From positions 64,001-128,000 of the forward strand of contig CAVRGP010000011.1 in NCBI GenBank assembly GCA_963720755.1: a stretch of DNA of 64,000 nucleotides, given 5' to 3'. Source of the stretch: an uncultured Chloroflexia bacterium (GTDB lineage: Bacteria; Chloroflexota; Limnocylindria; Limnocylindrales; CSP1-4). How positions within the stretch are numbered: the first letter of the stretch is position 1; each line of letters starts with the position of its first letter. Of the stretch, positions 8,512 to 18,145 are shown one piece after another. The notes below the pieces were generated by a model. It was not told where the DNA came from. It saw nothing but the letters and a program-made list of their open reading frames with translations, and did no database searches. A program made the translations under genes and the position numbers.

Positions 8512-10689
8512 TCAGCGGTCGTCGTCGCGGCCCGGTTGTGAGAAGAAGACCCGGAACAGGACGACGAAGCTCACCACGAGGGTCACCGCGAACGCGATCA
8601 TCGCCAGGTAGGCGACGCCCTGGAACTGGGTGAGTGACGGCTGGAGCAGGATGGCCATCACGATCGCTGTGCCGATGAGCTGGCCGACGACGATGACCCC
8701 GACCGTCGCCTGGCGGCCGATGTCGCTGACGCTCGCGATCGAGCGCTCCAGGCCCTTGGTGTCGACCTCGACGACGAACTTGCCCTTGTTGAACTGGTCG
8801 ATCCACTTGAGCGCTGCGTCCTCCATCGACGGCGCCCGCCGGGCGAGTTCCTTGCCGACCCGGACCGCGCTGCTCTGGAGTTGCTTCTGGATCTTCTCCG
8901 GCGTGAACGACTCCAGCAGCGCCGCCCTGGCCTCGATCACCGCAGCCTCGCCCAGATCGATGTCGAACGACAAGGCCCTGGCCGTCTCCTCGGCCTGGAT
9001 GACCGCCTTGATCGCCAGCGTCAGCTGGCTGTCCATGCGCAGGCCGTTGTTCAGCACCGCGCTCAGGAAGGCGCCGATGGCCGAGCCGAACGACGTCGCC
9101 TTGCCGTAGATGAGGTACTGACGGGCGAGCCGGTCGATGTCGTCGCGGAACCCGGCCTCGTCGTACTGGCCTGACGGCGTGCTGAGTGCCAGCAGCCCGT
9201 CGCCGATGCCAGGGATATCCACATCCTTGATCGCGTAGATGAGGCCGAGCAGATCGATCCGCTGCTGGGAGTTCAGTTTCCCGACGAGACCCAGGTCGAG
9301 GAAGATGATCTGTTTCGAGTCCGGATCGGCCAGGATGTTGCCGGGATGCGGATCGCCGTGGAAGAAGCCGTCGATCAGGACCTGCTTGATGATCGCCCGG
9401 ATGAAGACCGTGCCCAGCTCGGTCGTATCGAAGCCCGCCGCGCGCAGCTCGTCCGCCTTCGAGATCTTGATCCCCGTGACGAACTCCATCGTGATGACCC
9501 GCTGACCGGACAGGTCGTCCCAGACGAGCGGGACATGGATCGACGGGAACCTGGTCATCCCGTCGGCGAGGCGCCGGGCGTGGTAGGCCTCGTTCCGATA
9601 ATCCAGTTCCTTGAGGACGCCCTGGGCGAACTCGGCCACGATGCCGCGCAGCCCGACCTTGCGGGCGATCGACAGGCGCTTTTCGGCGACCCCGGCCAGC
9701 TCCTGCATGACCCCGAGGTCGGCCTGGGTCTTGGCCACGATCCTGGGACGCTGGACCTTCACCGCGACGACCGTGCCGTCATGGAGCCGAGCCTGGTGGA
9801 CCTGCGCGGTCGAGGCGGCCGCGAACGGCACCGGATCGAAGGTCTCGTACAGCTCCTCCGGGGAAGCCCCGAGTTCCTTGGTGATGATGGCGACGACGTC
9901 GTCGTAGGCGAACGGCGTCGCCTCGTTCTGGAGCTTCGACAGCGCCTCGATCCATTCGGCCGGCAGGATGTCGCTCCGGCTGGCCATCATCTGGCCGATC
10001 TTCACGTAGGTCGGCCCGAGCTGCTGGAGCATTCCCGCGATCCGCTCGGGACCGCTCGCCTCCAGCAGATGATCCTTGTTCCCGATGACCACCCGGTCGA
10101 ACCAGCGGCGGACCGCGCCGACCGGGGTGTCGGCCAGGGCGATGTCCAGCCCGGTCGCATAGATCAGGTTGTAGACCTGCTGGAGGCGCAGGTTCTCGAG
10201 GATCGCATTGCGCCGTGGCGTCGGCAGCGATTCGAGGAAGGCCCACATGCCGCGCCCGGTTTCCGATCGCAGATCCGGCCGGCTCAGACCGAGGCCCGCG
10301 TCCAGGAGCGTCGACAGCGCGGTGTAGAGGGCGGCTGCGACGACGACCCAGACGATGGTCGGCTCGGCCACGGTCGCGATCTTGATCGGGGCGATGACCC
10401 CGGTGATCCAGATCGCGGCGGCGTTGATGATCACCACGAAGAGGCCCATCGACGACAGCAGGAGTCGACCGGTCAGGGCGACGAGGACGGGACGGGCGAA
10501 CCGGTTGACCAGGACCAGGATCGCGGCCCACGTCAGGAAGCCGACGATCCCCGCATCCCGCAGCCCGAGGATCGGCGCCGACGAGGACCCGAATGGGAAC
10601 GGCTGCCCGACCGAAACGACGCCGAGCAGCAGGACGATGAACGCGAGCACGATGGCATCGAGGACGACCTCGACGAAGAAACGTCGCAT
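8512..10689 (-). CDS. AarF/UbiB (ABC1) atypical kinase with N-terminal 4-TM holin-like (YvlD/DUF360-like) membrane domain
   Basis: LGPTYVKIGQ, AAASTAQVH, VAVKVQRP, ELDY, FFHGDPHPGN, LDLG; N-terminal LVNRFARPVL...GLFVVIINA. Confidence 0.88.
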   Translation of the reverse strand: MRRFFVEVVLDAIVLAFIVLLLGVVSVGQPFPFGSSSAPILGLRDAGIVGFLTWAAILVLVNRFARPVLVALTGRLLLSSMGLFVVIINAAAIWITGVIAPIKIATVAEPTIVWVVVAAALYTALSTLLDAGLGLSRPDLRSETGRGMWAFLESLPTPRRNAILENLRLQQVYNLIYATGLDIALADTPVGAVRRWFDRVVIGNKDHLLEASGPERIAGMLQQLGPTYVKIGQMMASRSDILPAEWIEALSKLQNEATPFAYDDVVAIITKELGASPEELYETFDPVPFAAASTAQVHQARLHDGTVVAVKVQRPRIVAKTQADLGVMQELAGVAEKRLSIARKVGLRGIVAEFAQGVLKELDYRNEAYHARRLADGMTRFPSIHVPLVWDDLSGQRVITMEFVTGIKISKADELRAAGFDTTELGTVFIRAIIKQVLIDGFFHGDPHPGNILADPDSKQIIFLDLGLVGKLNSQQRIDLLGLIYAIKDVDIPGIGDGLLALSTPSGQYDEAGFRDDIDRLARQYLIYGKATSFGSAIGAFLSAVLNNGLRMDSQLTLAIKAVIQAEETARALSFDIDLGEAAVIEARAALLESFTPEKIQKQLQSSAVRVGKELARRAPSMEDAALKWIDQFNKGKFVVEVDTKGLERSIASVSDIGRQATVGVIVVGQLIGTAIVMAILLQPSLTQFQGVAYLAMIAFAVTLVVSFVVLFRVFFSQPGRDDDR

Positions 10690-10792
10690 CCGGGCCTCCG
10701 GGGTGAGCCGCTCACGAGTCGATCGCGTCGTAGCGTGACGGATCCCTATTGTCGGACATGCGGGCACGCGATGCAGGCGCCGCGCGGGCAGA

Positions 10793-11857
10793 TCAGACGA
10801 GCGCGACCGTGCCCGTTCCCGTCCGATCGGACTCGACGCGTCCGATCCACCGATGGCCCGCCCCGACCGCCTCGAGGGCCGTGTCGACCGCGCTGACGCG
10901 GTCTGCCGGCACACTCGCCAGCAGCCCACCCGAGGTCTGTGGGTCGTGCGCCAGGGCCACGGCCGGGCGGTCCGTGTCCTGCCCCAGATGCAGTGAACCG
11001 GCGACGAACCGGCGGTTGTGGGCCGCGCCGTCCGTCTCGACACCTGCCGCGGCCGCCTCGATCGCCCCGGCCAGTGCCGGGAGCGTCGCCGCCTCGAAGA
11101 CGAAGCGTGTCCGGGACGCACGGGCCATCTCCAGCCCGTGGCCCAGCAGCCCGAACCCGGTCACGTCGGTGGCGGCCCGGATCCCGCACCCGACGAGCGC
11201 ATCGGCGGCGACACGGTTGAGGCCGCGCATGCTGTCGATCGCCCCGGCCAGGTCGCTCGCACTCGCCTTGCCCTGACGGACGCCGGACACGAGCAGGCCG
11301 GTGCCCAGTGGCTTGGTCAGGACCAGCCGGTCGCCCGGGGAGGCGCCGCCCTTGCGCAGGAGCCGGTCGGGATGGGCGGCCCCGATGACCGCGAGACCGT
11401 ACTTGGGTTCTGCGTCGCGGATCGTGTGTCCACCGGCGAGCGTGCCGCCGGCCTCGCGGACCTTGGCCGATGCCCCGGCGAAGATCTCGGTCATGACCTC
11501 ATGCGGGAGATCCTCCGGGAACGCCGCGATCGAGAGCGCGAACAGGACCCGGCCACCCATCGCGAAGACATCGGACAGCGCGTTCGCCGCGGCGATCTCG
11601 CCGAAGGTCCGCGGGTCGTCGACGAGTGGCGGGAAGAAGTCGAGGGTGCCGATGATCGCGAGGTCGTCCGTGACCCGGTAGACGGCGCCATCGTCCGGTG
11701 GCGTAAGGCCTGCGATCAGCGCGTCGGGAGCGTCGATCGCCGCCGCCGCTCCGAGTCCGGCCAGGGCCTCGGCCAGCAGATCCGCCCCGAGCTTGGCCGC
11801 ACAGCCCCCGCAGTCGGTCAGCTCGGTCAACCGGAACGGTCGGTCGCTCGTCGTCAT
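10793..11857 (-). CDS. selD: Selenide, water dikinase (Cys form)
   Basis: CGGCAAK, DDGAVY, DFFPP, AANALSDVFAMGG, GGHT, LTKPLGTG, TDVTGFGL, DPQTSGGLL. Confidence 0.96.
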   Translation of the reverse strand: MTTSDRPFRLTELTDCGGCAAKLGADLLAEALAGLGAAAAIDAPDALIAGLTPPDDGAVYRVTDDLAIIGTLDFFPPLVDDPRTFGEIAAANALSDVFAMGGRVLFALSIAAFPEDLPHEVMTEIFAGASAKVREAGGTLAGGHTIRDAEPKYGLAVIGAAHPDRLLRKGGASPGDRLVLTKPLGTGLLVSGVRQGKASASDLAGAIDSMRGLNRVAADALVGCGIRAATDVTGFGLLGHGLEMARASRTRFVFEAATLPALAGAIEAAAAGVETDGAAHNRRFVAGSLHLGQDTDRPAVALAHDPQTSGGLLASVPADRVSAVDTALEAVGAGHRWIGRVESDRTGTGTVALV

Positions 11858-11863
11858 CCGCCG

Positions 11864-11891
11864 ATGATAGAACGCTGCCTCGCGCTACCAT
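11864..11891. promoter_or_regulatory. Back-to-back -10 boxes for selD (minus, TATCAT 11864-11869) and selC-selA-selB-mobA (plus, TACCAT 11886-11891)
   Basis: TANNNT hexamers lie 6 nt before the selD ATG and 7 nt before the tRNA 5' end. Confidence 0.65.
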
Positions 11892-11898
11892 CCGCGGT

Positions 11899-11995
11899 GG
11901 GAGCGGTCGGGTCCCGGTGGGTCCCCTGGTCTTCAAAACCAGTGGCGCGGCGCTCGGCGCGGCGCGGTGGGTTCGACTCCCACGCGTTCCCGCCA
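11899..11995 (+). tRNA. selC: tRNA-Sec (UCA)
   Basis: Acceptor GGGAGCG/CGTTCCC; 6-bp D stem with CGGT loop; anticodon arm CTGGT-CTTCAAA-ACCAG; long variable arm; GTGGG-TTCGACT-CCCAC; G73-CCA; lies between selD and selA. Confidence 0.96.
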
Positions 11996-12004
11996 GGAGG
12001 GCCG

Positions 12005-13402
12005 ATGCCACCCGTCCACCCGCGTCCACCCAGCATCGAGCGGTTGCTCGCGGTCGCTCGTCCGCGCCTTCCGGATGCCACGGATCCCGACGCGCTGACG
12101 ATGGCGGCCCGGGCGGTGGTCGCCGACGAGCGAGCCCGGATCCGATCGGGCGAACCGCCGGCGACCGTCGAGCTGCTGGCCGACGACCTCGCTCGGCGGA
12201 TCGACGCCTTTGCCGACCCGCTCGGCGAGGCGAGCGGCCTGCGGCCCGTTCTCAACGCGACCGGTGTCGTTCTCCATACGAACCTCGGTCGGGCGCCTTG
12301 GCCGCAGGCGGCCATCATCGCCGCGGACCGCGCGGCCAGGACCTACTCGCTCCTCGAACTCGATCGCGACTCCGGCCGTCGTGGGCCGCGCTTCCGGATC
12401 GCGGAGACGCACCTCATCGCCCTGACCGGTGCCGAAGACGCAATCGTCGCCGTGAATAACGCTGCTGCCGTGGCGCTGGCCGTCGGGCTGGCCGGGAAGC
12501 ATGGCGTGGCCGTGTCCCGGGGCGAGCTCGTCGAGATCGGCGGCGGCGTCCGGATCCCGGAGATCATCCGGCGGACGGGCGCTCGGCTGGTCGAGGTCGG
12601 GACGACCAACCGGACGCGGGTCGCGGACTTCGAGGCACCGCTGGCCGAAGGGCGGGCGACCGTCGTCCTGCGGGTCCACCCTTCCAATTTCGCCCAGCTG
12701 GGGTTCGTCGAGGCGCCCGATCCGGGCGAGCTGGCCACCCTCGCCCACGCCCACGGGGCCATCGTGGTCGATGATCTCGGCAGCGGCGCGTTGCTCGACA
12801 CCGCCGCCTTCGGCCTCAGCCATGAGCCGATGCCGTCCGAGCGGCTGGCTGCCGGCGCAGACCTGGTCACGTTCAGCGGCGACAAGCTGGTCGGTGGGCC
12901 GCAGGCGGGATTGATCGCCGGCCGAGCCGATCTGATCGCCCGGTTGCGGAAGGATCCATTCGCCCGTGCCGTTCGGCCGGAGAAGACGATCCTCGCCGCG
13001 CTCGCGGCGACGCTTGGCCTGTATCGTGCGGGCCGCGCCACGATGGAGATCCCGGTGTGGCGGATGATCGCGATGACCGAGGCGGTCCTGACGGCCCGCG
13101 CGGAGGCGATCGTGGCCGGGCTCGGGGCCGCACTGCCGCCAGACCTCCTGGCTCGGGTGTCGATCACCGCGCTGGACTCGACGGTCGGCGGCGGTTCGCT
13201 CCCCGGCGGGATCCTGCCCTCGGTGGGGATCCGGATCGCGGGTCCTGCTCCGGAGGCGCTGACCGCCCACCTTCGGGCGGGGGATCCGGCCGTGATCGGA
13301 CGGATCGGGGACGGCGCCGTCCTCCTGGACCTGCGGACGATCGACCCGGCCGATGATCAGGGACTCGAGGTCGCGGTGACCAAAGCGTTGCGCGGCGCCT
13401 GA
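12005..13402 (+). CDS. selA: L-seryl-tRNA(Sec) selenium transferase
   Basis: VLNATGVVLHTNLGRAP, VNNAAA, SRGELVEIGG, EVGTTN, DDLGSG, FSGDKLVGGPQAG; AGGAGG SD. Confidence 0.96.
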   Translation: MPPVHPRPPSIERLLAVARPRLPDATDPDALTMAARAVVADERARIRSGEPPATVELLADDLARRIDAFADPLGEASGLRPVLNATGVVLHTNLGRAPWPQAAIIAADRAARTYSLLELDRDSGRRGPRFRIAETHLIALTGAEDAIVAVNNAAAVALAVGLAGKHGVAVSRGELVEIGGGVRIPEIIRRTGARLVEVGTTNRTRVADFEAPLAEGRATVVLRVHPSNFAQLGFVEAPDPGELATLAHAHGAIVVDDLGSGALLDTAAFGLSHEPMPSERLAAGADLVTFSGDKLVGGPQAGLIAGRADLIARLRKDPFARAVRPEKTILAALAATLGLYRAGRATMEIPVWRMIAMTEAVLTARAEAIVAGLGAALPPDLLARVSITALDSTVGGGSLPGGILPSVGIRIAGPAPEALTAHLRAGDPAVIGRIGDGAVLLDLRTIDPADDQGLEVAVTKALRGA

Positions 13403-13408
13403 CCACCG

Positions 13409-15247
13409 ATGACCGTCGTCGTCGGCACGGCCGGCCACATCGATCACGGCAAGACGACCCTGCTCCGCGCGCTGACCGGCATCGATGCGGATCGGCTCCC
13501 GGAGGAGCGCCGACGCGGGATGACGATCGACGTTGGCTACGCCCACATGGCATTCGCCGATGGCACGGAGCTCGACTTCATCGACGTGCCGGGGCATGAC
13601 CGTCTGGTCGGCAACATGCTCGTCGGCGCGGGCGAGATCGATGCCGCACTGCTGGTCGTCGCCGCGGACGACGGCCCTCGGGCCCAGACCCGCGAACACC
13701 TGGCGTTGCTCGATGCGCTTTCCATCCGCCACGGGGTCGCGGTCGTGACCAAGGCCGATGTGGCCGGAGCGGAGCGGACCGCGGCGATCGTGGCCGAGGT
13801 CGAGGCACTGCTCGACGGCACGACGCTGCGCGGATCGGGCGTGATCCCGGTCTCGGCGGTGACGGGGCACGGTCTCGACATGCTCCGCGAGGCGCTCGAA
13901 CTGTTGCGCGATCGCGTCGAGGCGGACCGCGGAAGGCTGCCGGGCCGGCCCGGACCTCGCCTGTCGATCGACCGCGTCTTCACGGTCAAGGGTCGTGGCG
14001 TGGTCGTGACGGGCACCCTGCGCGGTGGCCGGCTGGCGGCCGGCGACAGACTCCGGCTCGTCCCGGGCGATCGGTCGGTGCGGGTCCGTGAGGTCCAGGT
14101 CCACAGCGTGCAGGTGGGTCATGCCGGACCAGGCAGGGCCGCGCTCAACCTTGCCCGGTCCGACGCCATCGGGCTCCATCGCGGTCACGTCCTGGCCGAC
14201 GACCCTGCCGTTGTGGCGAGTGAACGGCTGCTCGTCGCGCTGGCCGGACCCCTGCCGGACCGCGCCCGCGCTCGCCTCCACCTCGGCACGTCCGCGGTCG
14301 ACGCGAGCGTCGGCCGGAGTGGACATGATGCGATCGACCTGTCGGATGGCCGGGCCGCGGCGATCCTCCGCTTGTCCGAGCCCGTGGCGGTCGCGATCGG
14401 CGACCCGCTCGTGCTTCGCCGCGGATCGTCCGAGGAACGGATCGTCGGGGGGATCGTGCTCGACCCGCGTCCCGCCCGAGGCATCTCCCGGCGGCGTCAG
14501 ACGGCCGAGCGGGTCGACCGGCTGGCGCTCGCGGTCACGAGCGCCGACGCCGGTTCGATCGCCCGAGCGCGACTGGATCTGCATGGCTTGCTGGAGTCCG
14601 GAGCCGGTCCATCGATCGCCCCCGACGTCGCCGGATCGGTGGCAGACGCCGTCGTCGAGGCCGTTGCCGAGCCCGTCGCGCTCGCCGATGCCCGGACGCT
14701 GGCCGCCCGGATGTTGCGACGGATCGTCACGGCGGATCGCTCGGCAGCTGCGGCCGCGGGCGAGTCGATGGTCAGGGAACTGATCGCGGGCGGCCGGTTC
14801 GTCCGGGATGGAGCGATGCTGCGTCCCGCGGGTGCGGCATCCGCGCCACCGGTGTCGTCCGATCCTGTCCTCGCGGCCGCGATGGACCGGCTGGAGAGGT
14901 CGCTCGACGAGGCGTCACCGCCGGGCCTCGAGGCGGCCGCCCGGGCCGCCGGCTGCTCCGACACCGGCATCCGCGAACTCGAGCGGACCGGTCGGATCGT
15001 CATCCTGGAGCCCGATCTCGCCTACGCCGCGCGCGCCTACCGATCGCTGGTCGAGACAGCGGTCACCATGGCCACCCAGGCACCGCTCACGCCGGCGGCA
15101 CTGCGCGACGCCACCGGGACGAGCCGGCGGTACGTGCTGGCGATCTTGACCGACCTGGATCGGCGGGCGATCCTCCGGCGAGCGCCCGACGGGCACGTCC
15201 CTGGTCCGAGATCCGGCGCGCCGACGATCGCCCCGGGTGGCCGATGA
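13409..15247 (+). CDS. selB: Selenocysteine-specific elongation factor
   Basis: GTAGHIDHGKT, RGMTIDVGY, DVPGH, DRVFTVKGRGVVVTGT; C-terminal winged helix SRRYVLAILTDLD. Confidence 0.95.
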   Translation: MTVVVGTAGHIDHGKTTLLRALTGIDADRLPEERRRGMTIDVGYAHMAFADGTELDFIDVPGHDRLVGNMLVGAGEIDAALLVVAADDGPRAQTREHLALLDALSIRHGVAVVTKADVAGAERTAAIVAEVEALLDGTTLRGSGVIPVSAVTGHGLDMLREALELLRDRVEADRGRLPGRPGPRLSIDRVFTVKGRGVVVTGTLRGGRLAAGDRLRLVPGDRSVRVREVQVHSVQVGHAGPGRAALNLARSDAIGLHRGHVLADDPAVVASERLLVALAGPLPDRARARLHLGTSAVDASVGRSGHDAIDLSDGRAAAILRLSEPVAVAIGDPLVLRRGSSEERIVGGIVLDPRPARGISRRRQTAERVDRLALAVTSADAGSIARARLDLHGLLESGAGPSIAPDVAGSVADAVVEAVAEPVALADARTLAARMLRRIVTADRSAAAAAGESMVRELIAGGRFVRDGAMLRPAGAASAPPVSSDPVLAAAMDRLERSLDEASPPGLEAAARAAGCSDTGIRELERTGRIVILEPDLAYAARAYRSLVETAVTMATQAPLTPAALRDATGTSRRYVLAILTDLDRRAILRRAPDGHVPGPRSGAPTIAPGGR

Positions 15248-15828
15248 CCGCCGCGCGGGTCAGCGCGGTCATCCTGGCCGGGGGGCGCTCCGAGCGGTTC
15301 GGGCGCGACAAGCTGGCTGAACCGATCGATGGCCGACCCGTCCTCGTGCACGCCATCGAGGCTGTCCGCGTCCACGCGACCGAGATCGTGGTCGTGGCCC
15401 CGCCGGGGGTGACGCCGGCGCTGCCACTGGGCGTCCGACTGGTGCACGACACGGTCGCCTACCGGGGGCCGTTGGCCGGGTTGTCAACCGGGCTCCTGGC
15501 CTGCCGCGAACCGGTCGCTCTCGTGATCGGGGGCGACATGCCGTGGCTCGCGGACGCGGTCGTCGCCTTGCTCATCGCCCGCATCGTGGATGCCGACACC
15601 GATGCTGTCGTCCTCGAACATGACGGCCGGCCGCGCCCGCTCCCATCGATCGTTCGACGGGATCGCGCGCTCGAGATGGCAGATCGGTTCCTGGACCGCG
15701 GCGAACGGAGCCTGCGAGCCCTGGTCGAAGGGCTCGGTGCGGTCGTCATCGGCGAAGTGGAGTGGCGAATGGCCGATCCAGATGGCCGGACCATGCACGA
15801 CATCGACACGGTGGCCGACCTCGATTGA
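15244..15828 (+). CDS. mobA: Molybdenum cofactor guanylyltransferase
   Basis: ILAGGRSERFGRDK, GPLAGL, DMP, DIDT; ATGA overlap with selB. Confidence 0.9.
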   Translation: MTAARVSAVILAGGRSERFGRDKLAEPIDGRPVLVHAIEAVRVHATEIVVVAPPGVTPALPLGVRLVHDTVAYRGPLAGLSTGLLACREPVALVIGGDMPWLADAVVALLIARIVDADTDAVVLEHDGRPRPLPSIVRRDRALEMADRFLDRGERSLRALVEGLGAVVIGEVEWRMADPDGRTMHDIDTVADLD

Positions 15829-15856
15829 GCCGTCGGCGGATCGCGGGCCGGGTGGA

Positions 15857-17509
15857 TCAGCCCTCGAGGCCGGGATCCTCGTGGACGGCGACGCCGTCGA
15901 TGAATGTCGCAACGACCCGGGCGTCGCCGATCGCACCCGACGCCCGATCGAACAGGTCGCGATCGAGCACGACGAGGTCCGCCGACTTGCCGACCTCGAT
16001 CGACCCGAGCTCGTCATCCAGGTGGTTCACCCAGGCGCTTCCGGTCGTGAAGCCGGCCAACGCGTCGAGCAGGTCGAGGCGCTCGGCGGGCAGCAGTGGA
16101 TCCCCGTCTCGCGCTTCCTCGCCGACCCGGGTGACCGCGACCTCCATCTGGAGCAGCGGGTCCGCGGTGGACACGCTCCAGTCGGAGCCCATAGCCAGCC
16201 TCGCACCCGCGCGAAGGAGGGAACCGAACGGATACAGCCGGCCGGAGACCTCGGGCCCGAGGAAGGGGATGTTCAGGGTGTCCAGCTGATCCCCGTGGCA
16301 GGCCCAGTAGGCCTGTGCGTTGGCGGTCACGTCGAGCGCGGCGAAGCGCCCGAGATCGTCGGGATGGATCACCTCGATGTGGGCGACATGCGGCCGGGTG
16401 TCGGACGGTCCGTTCGTCCGTCGCGCGGCGTCGACCGCGTCGAGGGCCTCGCGCACGGCACCGTCACCGATGGCGTGGAAATGCGGCTGGAACCCGAGCC
16501 CGTCGAGTCTGGAGACATAGTCGCCGAGTTCGACCGGATCGATCAGGCTCATCCCGCGGATGTCGGTCGGGTGGCCGTTGGCGTCGAGGTACGGCTCGAG
16601 CATCGCTGCCGTGAAGCTATCGATGATGCCGTCCAGGAAGAACTTCACGCTGGTCGGCGTGTAGCGGCCGATCGACGTCCGATCCCGACGCTCGATCAGT
16701 TCCTCGATCTGTTCAGGCCCGCGCGTCTCGTCCCAGCCAAGGGCGCCGATCACGCGCGCCGTGAGTTCGCCGGCTCCGGCCAGCGTCGTGTAGGCGATCT
16801 CCCCCTCATGGGGCCACACATTGGCGTCCTGCCAGTGGGTGATGCCCAGGCCGTGGAGCTCGGCCTGCGCGGCCCTCAGGCCCGCGACCAGGTCGTTCGG
16901 ATCTGGTCGCGGTGCGACGCGCTCGACCAAGACGTAGGCAGCCTCCTGGAGGGCCCCCGAAGGTCGGCCGTCGGCGTCTCGCTCGATCCTTCCGCCGGTC
17001 GGATCAGGCGTGTCCGCGTCGATCCCGGCCGCCACGAGCGCCGCGGAATTGACCCAGGCGGTATGCCCGTCCGCGCTGAACAGCAGGACCGGCCGGTCCG
17101 GGACCACACGATCCAGATCCGATCGGTGGGGTCGTCCACCGGGGAAGTCGGCCATCGCCCAGCCATCCCCGAGGATCCATGGGACATCGGGATGGCTCAG
17201 CGCGTACGCCCCGACCGCCTCCACGTACTCGGCAAGGCCGTGGCGACCCTCCAGGCTGCACCGCAGACGCCCGAGCCCGGCTTCCACCGGATGGGTGTGC
17301 GCGTCGCCGAAACCCGGGGTCATCGACCGCCCGCGCAGATCGACCACGCGCGTGGCCGGACCGATGGCCGCCCGGATCTCCGCGTCACGGCCGACAGCGA
17401 CGATCCTGCCGGCCCGCACGGCGAGGGCACTGGCGAAGCGGCGATCGCGGTCCATGGTGGCGACGCGGCCATCCAGGAAGACGAGGTCGGCTGGCCGATC
17501 GGATCGCAT
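15857..17509 (-). CDS. Amidohydrolase family 3 (YtcJ-like)
   Basis: DLRGRSMTPGFGDAHTH, DGHTAWVNS, KFFLDG, HAIGD, HIE, GSDW, GSIEVGKSADLVVLD. Confidence 0.9.
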   Translation of the reverse strand: MRSDRPADLVFLDGRVATMDRDRRFASALAVRAGRIVAVGRDAEIRAAIGPATRVVDLRGRSMTPGFGDAHTHPVEAGLGRLRCSLEGRHGLAEYVEAVGAYALSHPDVPWILGDGWAMADFPGGRPHRSDLDRVVPDRPVLLFSADGHTAWVNSAALVAAGIDADTPDPTGGRIERDADGRPSGALQEAAYVLVERVAPRPDPNDLVAGLRAAQAELHGLGITHWQDANVWPHEGEIAYTTLAGAGELTARVIGALGWDETRGPEQIEELIERRDRTSIGRYTPTSVKFFLDGIIDSFTAAMLEPYLDANGHPTDIRGMSLIDPVELGDYVSRLDGLGFQPHFHAIGDGAVREALDAVDAARRTNGPSDTRPHVAHIEVIHPDDLGRFAALDVTANAQAYWACHGDQLDTLNIPFLGPEVSGRLYPFGSLLRAGARLAMGSDWSVSTADPLLQMEVAVTRVGEEARDGDPLLPAERLDLLDALAGFTTGSAWVNHLDDELGSIEVGKSADLVVLDRDLFDRASGAIGDARVVATFIDGVAVHEDPGLEG

Positions 17510-17581
17510 GGTCGGAGCATCGCATGCCGCCCGCGACCGGGCCGGCGAATCTCGCCCGTCGCGACGAGCTAGCATCGGCGG

Positions 17582-18136
17582 ATGACCAGTGTCCAGCTCC
17601 TCCACGCGGGGTATGCCCGACCTGACGGCCGCGTCGGCAGCAGCATCGTCCTGGTCCGCGACGGTGATGCTGTCATCGTGAGCGACCCGGGGATGGTCGC
17701 CCACCGCTCGCTGATCCTCGACCCACTGGCCGCGGCAGGGGTCGTCCCGGATGCCGTCACCCACGTCTTCCTGAGCCACCACCACCCGGACCACACCGTC
17801 AACATCGCCCTGTTCCCGAATGCCGAGGTGGTCGACTTCTGGGCCCGCTACCGCGACGACCTGTGGCTCGATCACGACGGCGACGGTCACCGGCTGGGCC
17901 CGAACAGCGAGCTATGGCTGACTCCCGGGCACACCGAGGAGGACGCCAGCCTCATCGTCACCGCGGATGATGCCGTCTACGCGATGACCCACCTGTGGTG
18001 GTATCAGGATCGGACCCCCGAGGTCGATCCGCTCGGGTCGGACCAGGCGGCGATCGAACGCGGCCGGGAGCGGGTGCTGGCCGCTGCCGATATCGTCATC
18101 CCAGGCCACGGGGCACCGTTCCGGGTCAGCGACTGA
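17582..18136 (+). CDS. MBL-fold metallo-hydrolase
   Basis: SHHHPDH, TPGHT, IPGHG; leaderless TAGCAT-N6-ATG. Confidence 0.88.
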   Translation: MTSVQLLHAGYARPDGRVGSSIVLVRDGDAVIVSDPGMVAHRSLILDPLAAAGVVPDAVTHVFLSHHHPDHTVNIALFPNAEVVDFWARYRDDLWLDHDGDGHRLGPNSELWLTPGHTEEDASLIVTADDAVYAMTHLWWYQDRTPEVDPLGSDQAAIERGRERVLAAADIVIPGHGAPFRVSD

Positions 18137-18145
18137 CCGTCTCGG

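Noticed and set aside
11795-11815. Sec codon in SelD
   Set aside because: The motif is TGC-GGG-GGC-TGT (CGGC), the cysteine form
11899-11995. selC as an integration site for a mobile element
   Set aside because: No integrase and no duplicated tRNA 3' end seen in the window; selA follows directly
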